Shown: positions 20,817 through 30,585, numbered from the stretch's first letter. The stretch is 64,000 nt of DNA from an uncultured Holophagales bacterium (GCA_963842525.1 CAWJGT010000009.1:1056001-1120000); one strand, 5' to 3'. The notes: generated from the letters alone by a model not told the origin. Numbers and translations: made by a program.

Positions 20817-21494
20817 ATGGCTGATCTGAAGCTGCATCACATTGGAGAGCCCTTGGTCGCCAGGATGCTTCAGAAGCTTGAGGCGGCCGGGCGGCTCTCG
20901 AACTTGGTCTGCGAGCGTATGCACGTCTCGGTTGAGGATGACATCGTTGCTGGGGGACTTCAAAGGCCGATCGAGTTCTTTCCGGAGAGAGCAACCCTCG
21001 GTGTCTCGGCCAATGGTGAAGAATTGATCTGTGATGGCGCACAGAAGGTTGATGTCCTCTGCGTGAGTAGTGGCCAGCGGGCCATGGCGTTCGAGCTCAA
21101 GCTGGGAGAGGAGCGACTTGGGACCAACGAGTTCGAGAGACGGTTCTTGGGAAAGTGCTCCACTTCCCATGCTGGTTCTCGGCTCAAGGGCTCAATGATC
21201 TCTGTACTTGATCGCAGTTTCTTGAGGACCGACGCGGCGGTTCTCCGGGCATCCGCATCGCCTCCTACTGGTGGGCCTATCAAGAAGTGGGATGTCGTCC
21301 GTCCTTGGTGGCTGGTCATCAGGAACAGTGTTTGGTTCCGATGGAAACAGTCCGGGATACCGGGCTTGACCAATGGGCGTATCCTCGTCATCGAGAAAGT
21401 CGTCCGAGAACTCGGAGGCGAGGAGGTCTTCAATGGTTTGGTCCGTGAGGTTCTATGCGGCAACTTTTTCGAGGCGTGGGAGATAGGTCAGTGA
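20817..21494 (+). CDS. Cassette 5: hypothetical protein, possible PD-(D/E)XK nuclease
   Basis: KVDVLC...AFELKLG pattern. Confidence 0.65.
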   Translation: MADLKLHHIGEPLVARMLQKLEAAGRLSNLVCERMHVSVEDDIVAGGLQRPIEFFPERATLGVSANGEELICDGAQKVDVLCVSSGQRAMAFELKLGEERLGTNEFERRFLGKCSTSHAGSRLKGSMISVLDRSFLRTDAAVLRASASPPTGGPIKKWDVVRPWWLVIRNSVWFRWKQSGIPGLTNGRILVIEKVVRELGGEEVFNGLVREVLCGNFFEAWEIGQ

Positions 21495-21500
21495 ACCGCC

Positions 21501-21562
21501 GGCCAACCAAGCGGCTCCAGCGGACGGCTGACGCCGCGCGCTGAGCCGCCACAGCGTTAGGC
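21501..21562 (+). other. attC site 5
   Basis: GGCCAAC (complement of GTTGGCC)...GTTAGGC. Confidence 0.9.
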
Positions 21563-21579
21563 GTTTTGAGGCAGCACCT

Positions 21580-22278
21580 ATGAATCGAACTGAAAAACTG
21601 AACGAACTGCGAGCCCTCGCGCAGAACAAGCCGACGATCCCAAACGAGGAATTCGGCGCATGGCAAGCGCGGGTGTCGGCGCTCATTGGTTTCGACCGTC
21701 TGCAACAAGACAAGTTCCGCCACTTGGCGAGTTCGGCGACGATTCCCGGTGACGACTTCTTCCCGTCGTGCATGCGCCAGATGGAACAGATCCTCTTCCA
21801 AGCCATAGCGGACTTGGAGGTTGGTCCAGATGTCCCAGCCGAGCCACCTGCCGAATCCGGGAAGCCAATAGACGTATTCATCAGTTATTCGACTACCGAC
21901 AGAGCGATTGCAGAGGAGTTAGCCAATCGTCTCAGAGCACTTCAGCTTACAGTCTTCTTGTCGCACGACACCATCACAACGGGACCCGCATGGCGTTCAC
22001 AAGTCGGTGTCGTCCTTCGTCGCTGCGGCGTAGCAGTGCTGCTCTTGAGCACGCAATCACTCCACAGCGATTGGGTTCGTTACGAGATTGGAGCATTATG
22101 GGCACTTAATAAGCCTGTCGCTCCGGCTCTGCTCGACTGTGATGCATCTCAACTTCCTGAGCTTGTGCGCGATTTCCAATCACGCTCAGTTGCAACCGCC
22201 TCAGATCGCGCCGTCTTTTGCCACGAAGTGGAAAGACTGGTCCGCGATACTCGAACAAATGACAACCGAAACGCCTAA
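21580..22278 (+). CDS. Cassette 6: TIR-domain protein
   Basis: DVFISYSTTD, VFLSHDTI, SDWVRYEIG (catalytic E). The stop lies in GCCTAAC, the R'' of a truncated attC. Confidence 0.9.
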   Translation: MNRTEKLNELRALAQNKPTIPNEEFGAWQARVSALIGFDRLQQDKFRHLASSATIPGDDFFPSCMRQMEQILFQAIADLEVGPDVPAEPPAESGKPIDVFISYSTTDRAIAEELANRLRALQLTVFLSHDTITTGPAWRSQVGVVLRRCGVAVLLLSTQSLHSDWVRYEIGALWALNKPVAPALLDCDASQLPELVRDFQSRSVATASDRAVFCHEVERLVRDTRTNDNRNA

Positions 22279-22280
22279 CC

Positions 22281-22380
22281 GGAAATAAGTGCCAGCCGAA
22301 TCTAGCCTGGCCCAAACCCGAAATGAGTGGCCCAAACCCGAAATGAGTGCGGCCGAAATGAGTGCCCGAAATGAGTGCCA
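22281..22380 (+). repeat. REP-like motif array: GGAAATAAGTGCCAGCCGAATCTAGCC then 4 x CCGAAATGAGTG
   Basis: Read directly. The last copy is split by the IS110 element and resumes at 23918 (CAGCCGAATCTAGCCT). Confidence 0.9.
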
Positions 22381-22399
22381 CCCATTAGAAGGCTCTTGT

Positions 22400-22820
22400 C
22401 AACGACCCACACGTCTCCCACCCGGGAGTGTTCGTTTCAAGAACGGCTCGTTCCGGCAAGATGTGCTCCCGTGTCGGGTTTGCGCGCCCGTAGTCTCGCT
22501 GTGCTTCAGGTGCGGAGATCCGCACCAGCCACCCATCGGGATCAAGGCGGGTCGGAGCCGGTGACGGCTCCGACCCGCCCCTGGCACGGTTTGCGTGCCC
22601 CCAGAAAATCTTCGGTTCCAGGTTCGTGTCCAAGGTTCAGGACAACCAATAAGGCTACCTCCTCCCCCCGAAGGGGGTTCAGAGGTGCCAGCACATTCGG
22701 GCTCACGACCTGGGCGCATCTCCGACAAAAGAGCCAAAAACGGTGGAAGACAGGGGCCAATCAGCCGTAGAGGGTTCTTTCGCCCAGCACCTAATTGCAG
22801 GCTCCCTGTCTTCCACCTGA
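22400..22820 (-). ncRNA. Candidate bridge/seekRNA region
   Basis: Non-coding end of the IS1111-type element. Perfect stems 22546-22579 and 22742-22755/22804-22817; short matches to target and donor junction. Confidence 0.6.
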
Positions 22821-22821
22821 A

Positions 22822-23838
22822 TCAACCAAAAGCTTGCGCCGACCTGAACGGCACCTGGTCGCGCAGGATGTAGAACGCGGCACGAGTCAGCTTGTTCGAG
22901 ATCGTCCGCAGGGCCACCAACTCGTTGGTCCTGGCCCGCTTGCGCTCGTAGAGACGCTTGGCGAGGGGCTCGAACCGAATGGCGAAATGTGAAGCCTCCA
23001 TGAACGCCCAGGACAGGTACGGGTTGCCATTGCGTACGTTGCCGGAACCCTTGACCTTGCCGTTGCTGAGGTGCTGACTGGGTACACAGCGGCAGTAGGA
23101 GGAGAAGTGGCCCGCCTCGGCAAAGCGAGCGATGGAGCCGGTTTCGTACATGATCGTCAGGGCAAGGGTCAGACCGATGCCGGGAATGCTCTCGAGCAGC
23201 TCGAACTCGGGCCTCAGTCTGGCCTGTTTGAGAACAGTTTTCTCGATGCCAGAGATTTGGTCTTTCAGCGTGCGGGCGATCGCCAGGCTGCTGGTGATCG
23301 TCAAGGCGATATGTGGGTCCGTGAATTGCTCCTCGACCTGCTCGGCCGTCATGCGCTTGAGCTCGCTGAGGGGAACTTGCGCTCCGGTGTAGCGCGAGAA
23401 GACGTTTTTGACGCTCAGCAAGCTGGCGGTGCGCTGTCGCACCAGAAAGGCTCGGCGGCGCAGTAGATCTCGCACCGCGCGCTCCTTTTTCGGATAGATG
23501 TGACCGGTGGGCAGAATGTTGAGGTGGAGCAGGCGCGCCAGCCACCGCGCGTCATGGCGGTCATCGACGTACTTCAAGCCCTCGTACTGGCGGACAGCGG
23601 AGGTGTTGACCAAGCGAACCTCGTAGCCGGCCTCCATGAGCCCATCCACCAACCAGTACCAGTTGAAGGTGGACTCCACGGCGGTCGCCTGGATCTGCTC
23701 TCGGAAGGGCTCCAGGGATTCCAGGACCGCCTCCAGACGGTTGGGCACCCGCCTGCTGAGGACCGATTGCAGTTGCTCGTTCATCACCACGAGATAGCTG
23801 TTGGTTGAATGCAAGTCGATTCCACAGTAAAGTCCCAT
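22822..23838 (-). CDS. IS110 DEDD recombinase
   Basis: YCGIDLH, AVESTFNWYW, KYVDDRHDA, SIPGIG, SNGK, GNPYLSWAF. Confidence 0.95.
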   Translation of the reverse strand: MGLYCGIDLHSTNSYLVVMNEQLQSVLSRRVPNRLEAVLESLEPFREQIQATAVESTFNWYWLVDGLMEAGYEVRLVNTSAVRQYEGLKYVDDRHDARWLARLLHLNILPTGHIYPKKERAVRDLLRRRAFLVRQRTASLLSVKNVFSRYTGAQVPLSELKRMTAEQVEEQFTDPHIALTITSSLAIARTLKDQISGIEKTVLKQARLRPEFELLESIPGIGLTLALTIMYETGSIARFAEAGHFSSYCRCVPSQHLSNGKVKGSGNVRNGNPYLSWAFMEASHFAIRFEPLAKRLYERKRARTNELVALRTISNKLTRAAFYILRDQVPFRSAQAFG

Positions 23839-24171
23839 GCGCTCCTCCTTTCAGGGATTGGTCTCCCGACGAGCCTATCGCGGCTCGTCAGAAGGGAGGA
23901 GCCTTCTAGAGGATCATCAGCCGAATCTAGCCTCCTGAAGAGTCAATTGCACTGCCGAGCCGCGCTTCGGTGTGGCTTCGGTGCGCAAACTGGCAGGTGA
24001 AGGGCACCTGAGCACGCCGAGAGGTGGTCGCTCACTCCTTGTGTGGAGCGTTGAAAGCCTGTATCGCGCTTTTTGAGGGTTCCAGGGATAGACCTCTCCC
24101 GATCCCGCGCCAGGAAGTCAGCGGCCGGCCGGAAACTACGAAGGCTGTCAGCGGCCCGAAGTCCCGAGGGC

Positions 24172-25096
24172 CTACCCACTTACCCAGGGCAGGGCCGGCG
24201 GGAAGCTGCCTGCCGGGAAGACAACATCGCGCACTCCCGCCCGGAGCTTCTCCGCGGCGGTCCGGAAGGCGCCCACGAACTCGCCATAGGCTCGATAGAA
24301 CTCGAGACGGACGTTCTTGCTCGCCGCATGGAAGAGCGGAGCAGGAGATTTCTTCGGTTTGGCCGGCCGGTCGTGACGCTTCTGGGCGCAGACTGCTTCG
24401 GGACCCAGGACAGGACGGCCCATGGCCTCGCGGACCTCCGCAGCCCGAGACTCGATGCTGGCCACCAGAGCGGCGATCCGCTCGCGGTACTGTTGAGGAG
24501 TGAGATGCGCCCAGCAGGGGAGCTGCTCGAGCTTGAGGGTGTATTCGGTCGCGAAGTCGAGACGGTGGAAGGACTGGCCTCTCTGGCGGGCGGCGTACTC
24601 GCTCGAGCGGTTGAACCAGTGGCCGACGAGGAGAGCACCATCCAGCAGAGCGGGGACGACGCTGACGCCCGGCCAGTCCCGGAGGGTTTGGACAAGTCCC
24701 TCCTTGACCCCGTGGCTCAAAATGTACGCGAGGCGTTCGATCTGGGCCTGGGGCTCGTCGCTGATCGGGATGGCCTGAAAGCGGCGGGACCAGAACTTTT
24801 CCCGCCAGTCGGCCAGGCGCCCGGCTTCGCGGGCAAGATTTGAGTTGAAGTGATTCATGAATGAGGCGAGTCGGCGCGTGTCGTCGACCTGGAGAAGGAG
24901 GTGATAGTGCCCGGAGGCAAAGGCGAAGGCGATGAGGCGGACGGGGTAGAGCTGCCTGGGCGCGTCCGAGGGCGCCGAGGATGAGGTCATTGAGCTCCGC
25001 AGAGGGAGCGAGCAGGAAGCGGCCGTGGACGGTCCGTGTGGTGACCTCGACAAGTCCGCTCCCCTCGGGTGGCATGAAACGGAGTTTTCGACTCAT
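24172..25096 (-). CDS. RAYT-like Y1 HUH transposase with a +1 frameshift near 24955
   Basis: MSRKLRF..VEVTTRT, GHYHLLL (HUH), FWSRRF, LAYILSHGVKEGLV..DWPGVS. Flanked by inverted GTGCCAGCCGAA copies. Confidence 0.82.
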
Positions 25097-25232
25097 GCCC
25101 CTTAAAAAGACGTAAAACGGGTCGCCGATCTTGCATAACTCGGAAAAGTTCTTGCCGCGGACCGGAATGATGACTGAATGTCAACGGACGGCGGATCTGT
25201 GGAGGTAGTCCAGAGCGGTCCCGAGCGAAGCT

Positions 25233-25274
25233 GTTCGGCTGGCACTTCTGTCTGTTCGGCTGGCACTTCTGTCT
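25233..25274 (-). repeat. REP-like motif array: 2 x 21-bp AGACAGAAGTGCCAGCCGAAC
   Basis: Perfect tandem, inverted relative to the arrays at 12835 and 22281. Confidence 0.92.
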
Positions 25275-25312
25275 GGCCGGCGCTGGATCAGGTGATCCAC
25301 GTCGTGACGCGC
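25275..25312 (+). repeat. 38-bp direct repeat, right copy (probable ancestral 3' end of the hydrolase gene)
   Basis: Continues in the hydrolase frame as VVTRNPASPERRPGR* with stop at 25346-25348. Confidence 0.9.
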
Positions 25313-25323
25313 AACCCAGCATC

Positions 25324-25532
25324 CCCAGAGAGGCGGCCAGGGCGGTAGTCACCAGGGACCAGAAGAGCTCTGCGCCGGGATAGACCGCGAGCAGGCGGAA
25401 AAAGCTCCTGGCGCGCAGACGTTCAAAATTGTTCGACCATCGTGCGCGTTCGTCCGGATTGGACAGCAGCGGCAGCAGTGGCGTCTCCACTCCGATGCGG
25501 AGGATCAGATTGGCCGAAACGATTCCGGGCGC
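25324..25532 (-). repeat. 209-bp duplicate of 26198-26406 (3' part of the large membrane-protein gene)
   Basis: About six mismatches by eye. Confidence 0.93.
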
Positions 25533-25586
25533 TGCACCAAGGTGCCAGCCGCCCCTGAGGCACTTATTTCGTGGCGAGCACTTAGA

Positions 25587-25853
25587 TTAGGGGAAGTATC
25601 TGTAGATATCTCGGCGGTGGAGAATTCTGACCAGCGTTGCTTGGTCGCCTTCGATCATAAGACCCAGGCGGTAATCACCGATACGGATGCGATAGTACGC
25701 TCCGGGACCTTGGAGCTTTCTGAGCTGAGGGATCTCTCCAATCCCATCGGCGCACTCAACCGCCTCGATGACTCGCTTGACACGAGCCCGAGCTTCCGGC
25801 TGCCGGAGCTGCCGCAAGTCCCTGGCGAAGCTCTCGCGAAAGCTGGTTTTCAC
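25587..25853 (-). CDS. relE: RelE/ParE-family toxin
   Basis: SFARDLR, KLQG..YYRIRIGDYRLG, HRRDIYRYFP. Confidence 0.92.
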   Translation of the reverse strand: MKTSFRESFARDLRQLRQPEARARVKRVIEAVECADGIGEIPQLRKLQGPGAYYRIRIGDYRLGLMIEGDQATLVRILHRRDIYRYFP

Positions 25854-26053
25854 TCTTCGAGGATCCGGAAAACCTCGTCTCGCCCCACAGGCAGGCTCTG
25901 CTCGCCTTCACGGATCGCATGGACCATGCCGATGTCCTCCAGAGCCTCTTCCAAGAGATCCAGCACAAGATCCCTGCGCTCTTCGAGTACCTCGATCATG
26001 GCCGTCTCGACCAGATTCTTGATCCTGCTGTCTTCAATGCTCGCGTCCGCCAT
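25850..26053 (-). CDS. Antitoxin partner of RelE
   Basis: Acidic 67 aa, EALEDIGMVHAIREG..VGRDEVF; overlaps the toxin start. Confidence 0.82.
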   Translation of the reverse strand: MADASIEDSRIKNLVETAMIEVLEERRDLVLDLLEEALEDIGMVHAIREGEQSLPVGRDEVFRILEE

Positions 26054-26160
26054 ACTTCCTCCGCTGTTGCGGCTACTCTATGCCACCCCACCCCGCACTT
26101 CCACCCAGGCGGCCGATCACACGGATCATACCGGAGCCTGGGTGTGAAAATTGGAGCAAC

Positions 26161-29100
26161 TTACGGCGCGCGCGGCTTTGCCACGGTCGCAACGGCACCC
26201 AGAGAGGCGGCCAGGGCGGCAATCACCAGGGACCAGAAGAGCTCTGAGCCGGGATAGACCGCGAGCAGGCGGAGAAAGCTCCTGGCGCGCAGACGTTCAA
26301 AGTTGTTCGACCATCGTGCGCGTTCGTCCGGATTGGACAGCAGCGGCAGCAGTGGCGTCTCGACTCCGATGCGGAGGATCAGATTGGCCGAAACGATTCC
26401 GGGCGCCGGAACGGCTCCGCAGGTCCTCGCCACCACCAGCCATGCCAGGGGGGCCACGGCAAAGACGGAGAGACCGAAGACGAGATAGCCCTTGAGGCGC
26501 GACCCCGCACGGACCTGTGCGGCACCGGGAATGCACCGCGCCACAACGACCCGCGCGCGGCCCCACGCCAGAAGGAGGCCGGCGGGCAAGGCGATCACAA
26601 ACATTGCGGCGATGCCCGCGAGGGCCAGGAGCAGCCGGGCTCCGGCGCTGTAGCTCCGGATTGCCTGTGCTTTTTGAATCAGGCGCGCCGGCGTTTGCGT
26701 GGCCGGCTCGACGACGCCCTTCGTGATCCATGCGCGCAACACGTCCGCAGTGGTGAGCTCGTAGCGATCCTCGTAGCTGGCCTGCGCCTGCCTGGCGGCA
26801 ACGACGTCGCCCAGCTCGCGGGGCACTGCGGTGAGATATCCCAGGTAGGATGCAGCCAGGATCGAAAGGGAAAGAGCGAGGTAGAGCGCCATGAAGAGGA
26901 TCAGTAGCGCCAGGCCATGAGATCTGAAGGTTGCCTGGGCCGCTTGTCTCCAGCCCGGCCACCGGAGACGGCGCAGTGCCGGGCGCCGCCGTACCATCCG
27001 GGAGCCGGCCACGGCCAATCGGGCGAAGAGCATCGCTGCGCAGGCCATCACGACATACAGGGAGTAGTCGAGCCAGGCGCTGCGGGTCACCGGATCGAAG
27101 GGGTAACGCCGGGCCTGTCTCAGAAAGGCGCGTTCGTCCCGTGCGCCTGCGCGGTCCCTTCGCCGCTCGAGGTCGTCGACCCAGAGGGCCGCACGGAAGG
27201 CGTCCCCAGGCGCGATCCCCGAGATCTCCCGCAGCCGCCGCCACCAGAGGTGGCGCTTCCCGGGATCGCGAAGCCCGTTATCCAGCCAGGACGTGGCTGC
27301 GTTGATCCGCCGCTCGGCCGCTTGGCTGGCCACGATGGGTCGGGGCAGCCGGCGGCGCTGTTCCAGGGCCTGTGCGAAGGCGCGGTCAGCCCAATCGCGC
27401 TGGCCGTAGATCTCGTGGAACACCGCCATCCACAAGAGCTCGTAGTAGGGAGTCGCCCACGGGCCGCCCTCCCAGATCCTTCGCCACAGTGTTTCGGCTT
27501 CCTGCCGCCGCCCCTCTGCCCACAGTGCCTGGCCGAGAAAGAACAGGTGCCACGGTTGGGTGGGATCGCGGAGCGCCGCCGCGCGCGATGCCTTTTCGAG
27601 CTCGGGGAGATCGAGGGGAAGGTGGTCGTCGATCGGACCGAGGACGTCGAAGGAAGAGCGCGGGCCCGCGAACGCCACGTTGACGAGGTTATCGGCCAGG
27701 AGCGTGCCGTTTTCGATCGCCGCGGCGCGCAAGACCAGGTTGGCCGGCACCCGGCCCGGTGCTGCGCGGCGCAGCCCGGCCAGGCGGACGGTGCCGGCTC
27801 CACGCAGGGTGACCTGGAGGTCTCCGCGCTCAACCGCGAACGCCTCCGGCGCCGCGGGCAGGAGATGGCGTTCCAGCACCCGGCCGGACGCAGGGTCCCA
27901 GGCGAGCAGATATCCCGTCAGCCAGTAATAGCGGGTGTCGTTCCATCCGGAGAGGGAGAGGTAGCTCTCGGCGCCCCAGAGCTTGCCGTCGAACATGCGG
28001 CCGCAGAGGGTCTCCAGCCCGGGAGAGGTCTGCTCCGCAAGACCGTACGCCTCGGCCGCCGCGGCCAGGCGTCCGGCGACCAGGTTGAGGTCGCCGAGAA
28101 GGGCGAACATCTCGCCCGGCGGAGGAACGGGGGTGGACCGCAGCGATTCCAGGCCGGGCAGCCCACTGAAGAGACGCGCCAGGTCGGCGCTCGCCGTCTG
28201 CTCGATGTCGTCGAGGAAGCGCCGCGCCCAGGCCGTTCTCAAAGCCTGTTGATCCGCGACGAGGCCCCGCTCCCAGGAATAGCGCGCCAGCCGCAAGCGG
28301 GCCTGCTCGAGCACCTCCGCGATCGTGTCACCTGCCGAGGTCAGGTGGTCGCAGGTGAGCTTCGCGAGGGCCGAGGGTGGATTTTCCGTAGGCACGCCGG
28401 TGGGAAGCAACGAACGAAAGGGATCCCGCCGGCCGGCCGGCCTGTCGGCCAAGGCCCAAGCCTCGTCGGCCGTCTTGCGGGAAGCCCCGGCGGCGCTGGT
28501 CCAACGGGGATCGAGCCGCTTGACGACCTGGCGAAACGGATAGACCGTCGTGGGATCTTGCTCTATCTGCTTGAAGATCAGGCCCTGCTGAAGGTCGATC
28601 CGGTCCAGGTCGCCGTCGTAGAGCTGGTCGCCTTCGCGGAGGGAAAAATGTTTCTGCGCGCTGCGTACCTCGGCGACAGGACCCCAGGGCGTGATGAACA
28701 GGCCCTCGACTTTGAGATCGTCGATCAGGAGGTCGGAGGAGGTCGGTAGACCGGGGTCGTTCCATAACGGTTGCGGGCGGGCCTGATATGACAGGTCGAG
28801 GAAAGGATCGCGCCTCGTTGCCGCGCCGTAGGATGGACGGAACACCTCCCGGAGCTTCTCGCGAGAGGAGAAGGGGACTTCGATCATTCCGAAACCCGGC
28901 TCCAGAAGGAGCCGGGCTCTATCGCTGCGGACCCGCTTGCGGAGGTCCGAACGCTCCAGCATCCCGGCGACGAGACGCGGCGCGTTTTCGATCGAGAGCC
29001 CCCAGATCCAGGGCGGAAAGCCTTTGCCGCCGAGGAGCTCATCGCCGAGCCTGTGAGCTTCGACCCCGGCCCCTCCGATCGTCAGGCCGCGTCTGAGCCT

Positions 29101-29877
29101 CCGCCCCGCTTCCGGGCTCTCGCGCGCCGCCAGGAGCCAGACCACCGGGCGATACGGGACGCCGGGAATGGCGACGCGCCGCCGGAAGCGCAGCCAGGCG
29201 ACCGTTGGCGCGATGACGTCGATCCCGTCGACCTCACCGTCAGCAAGCTGGTCGCCGTCCCGTAAGAGGACATCGCGGCTTCGCGCCCGCACCCGCGCCA
29301 CGCCGCCAGTCGACGTCGAATAGATTTCTTTGACCGTGATCTCGTCGATGGACAACCCGGCGAGAGACTGCTCGTCCACAACCGGGTGGCCGTCTGTCCC
29401 GAGGTTTTTCTTTGTGCTGAGGCCGCCGGACCGGCGGATCGGGGTGGGGCGTGGTCAGGTGAAGGGAGGGAGGAGCAGCCGGAACAAAGCCTGTGTGACC
29501 GGAGGAGTGGCGAAAAACGGGAGCTTTTCCTCAGGCCAGGGTGCATCCGGCGCCGGCTCCGCCTTGGGAATGAGGATCGTGAGCTCGTAGCCGCGTTCCG
29601 AGCAGGTGATCTGGCGCAGGACCGGCTCGGGAGTGTACGGATTCCGTCCCAGGTCTTCCAGCAGATCCGCAATGCCGTCCCAGTCTTTCGCATGGCCACG
29701 GAGGATGGTGTGGTGCGGAGATTGGTACCGGGCGTCGACCGCGACGCGCTCCGGGAGGGCGCGCGAGACCGGCTCCGCGCTGCCCGCTCCGGCCAGGAGG
29801 CCGGCCGCAGCCACGGCTGCCAAGACTTGCCGCCGGCACCGCCTGTCGCACCCGCCGTCCCACCTGCGGTGTTCCAT
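26161..29877 (-). CDS. Large exported/membrane protein with two PilP-like repeats, TPR-like helices and C-terminal TMs; one in-frame TGA at 29457-29455
   Basis: ORFs 29455..29907 and 26161..29379 share a frame. Signal-like VLAAVAAAGLLAGAGSA; RRDPF motifs; LRDGDQLADG and LREGDQLYDG repeats. Confidence 0.6.
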
Positions 29878-30035
29878 GGCCCGACCCCCTGTGCGAGCCA
29901 GAGGCAAGGCTTATACCAGGGCTCCGGCCATAGGCCGGACGGGAGAAAGAGAGCCGGCGGGCGATCGATCGAGCCACGGATTGTCAGTCCATGACGCCAA
30001 AGATCGTCAGCGCGGGCCCCGGCCCTGGCCGGACC

Positions 30036-30064
30036 TTGCACCCCCGATGCCCCGGCGTTAAGAT
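30036..30064 (+). promoter_or_regulatory. Sigma70-like promoter
   Basis: TTGCAC-17 bp-TAAGAT upstream of the coxS-like gene. Confidence 0.5.
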
Positions 30065-30108
30065 CCCCCGCACACGCCAACGGCTAGACCCTCGAGAGGC
30101 GGAGGTTT

Positions 30109-30585
30109 ATGGCCAACATCACGCTGCAAGTCAATGAGAAGAGCCACGTCGTGGACGTGGAGCCGCGGACGCTGCTCGTCGAGCTTCTGCGCGAGCACCT
30201 GCGACTGACCGGCACCCACGTGGGCTGCGACACCAGCCAGTGCGGCGCCTGCACGGTCTGGGTCGACGGCAAGTCGGTCAAGAGCTGCACCATGCTGGCG
30301 GTGGAAGCCGACGGCGCGACGGTGACGACCATCGAAGGATTGGCGACCAATGGTGGGCTGCACCCCATGCAGGCGGCCTTCCACACCTGCCATGGTCTGC
30401 AATGCGGCTTCTGCACGCCCGGCATGGTGATGAGCGCCGCCGAGCTGGTGCGCCGCAATCCGCAGCCGACCGAGGGCGAGGTGCGGCACTGGCTGGAGGG
30501 CAACCTCTGCCGCTGCACCGGGTACCACAACATCGTCAAGGCCGTGCTGGCGGCGGCTGAAGAGATGCAAGGAGGTGCGCAATGA
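30109..30585 (+). CDS. 2Fe-2S small subunit of a CoxSLM-like Mo-hydroxylase
   Basis: [28 protein letters not shown]. Confidence 0.95.
   Translation: MANITLQVNEKSHVVDVEPRTLLVELLREHLRLTGTHVGCDTSQCGACTVWVDGKSVKSCTMLAVEADGATVTTIEGLATNGGLHPMQAAFHTCHGLQCGFCTPGMVMSAAELVRRNPQPTEGEVRHWLEGNLCRCTGYHNIVKAVLAAAEEMQGGAQ

Larger units (their letters stand above)
22381..23919 (-). mobile_element. IS110-family element, IS1111 type
   Basis: Sub-terminal IRs TAGAAGGCTCTT (22386) and AGGAGCCTTCTA (23897); CA/TG core at both junctions; long non-coding end downstream of the transposase; outward TTGACA at 22402-22397. Confidence 0.88.
12833..25274. mobile_element. 12.4-kb accessory island between 38-bp direct repeats
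   Basis: Flanking duplication, inverted AAGTGCC-motif arrays at both ends, and integron, IS and RAYT content. Confidence 0.7.

Noticed and set aside
22281-22380. CRISPR or iteron origin
   Set aside because: Units are 13-20 bp without unique spacers and there is no rep gene; better explained as RAYT-flanking REP-like copies.
29455-29457. Selenocysteine TGA
   Set aside because: No redox-motif context and no evident SECIS hairpin; Trp-codon mutation or error is simpler.
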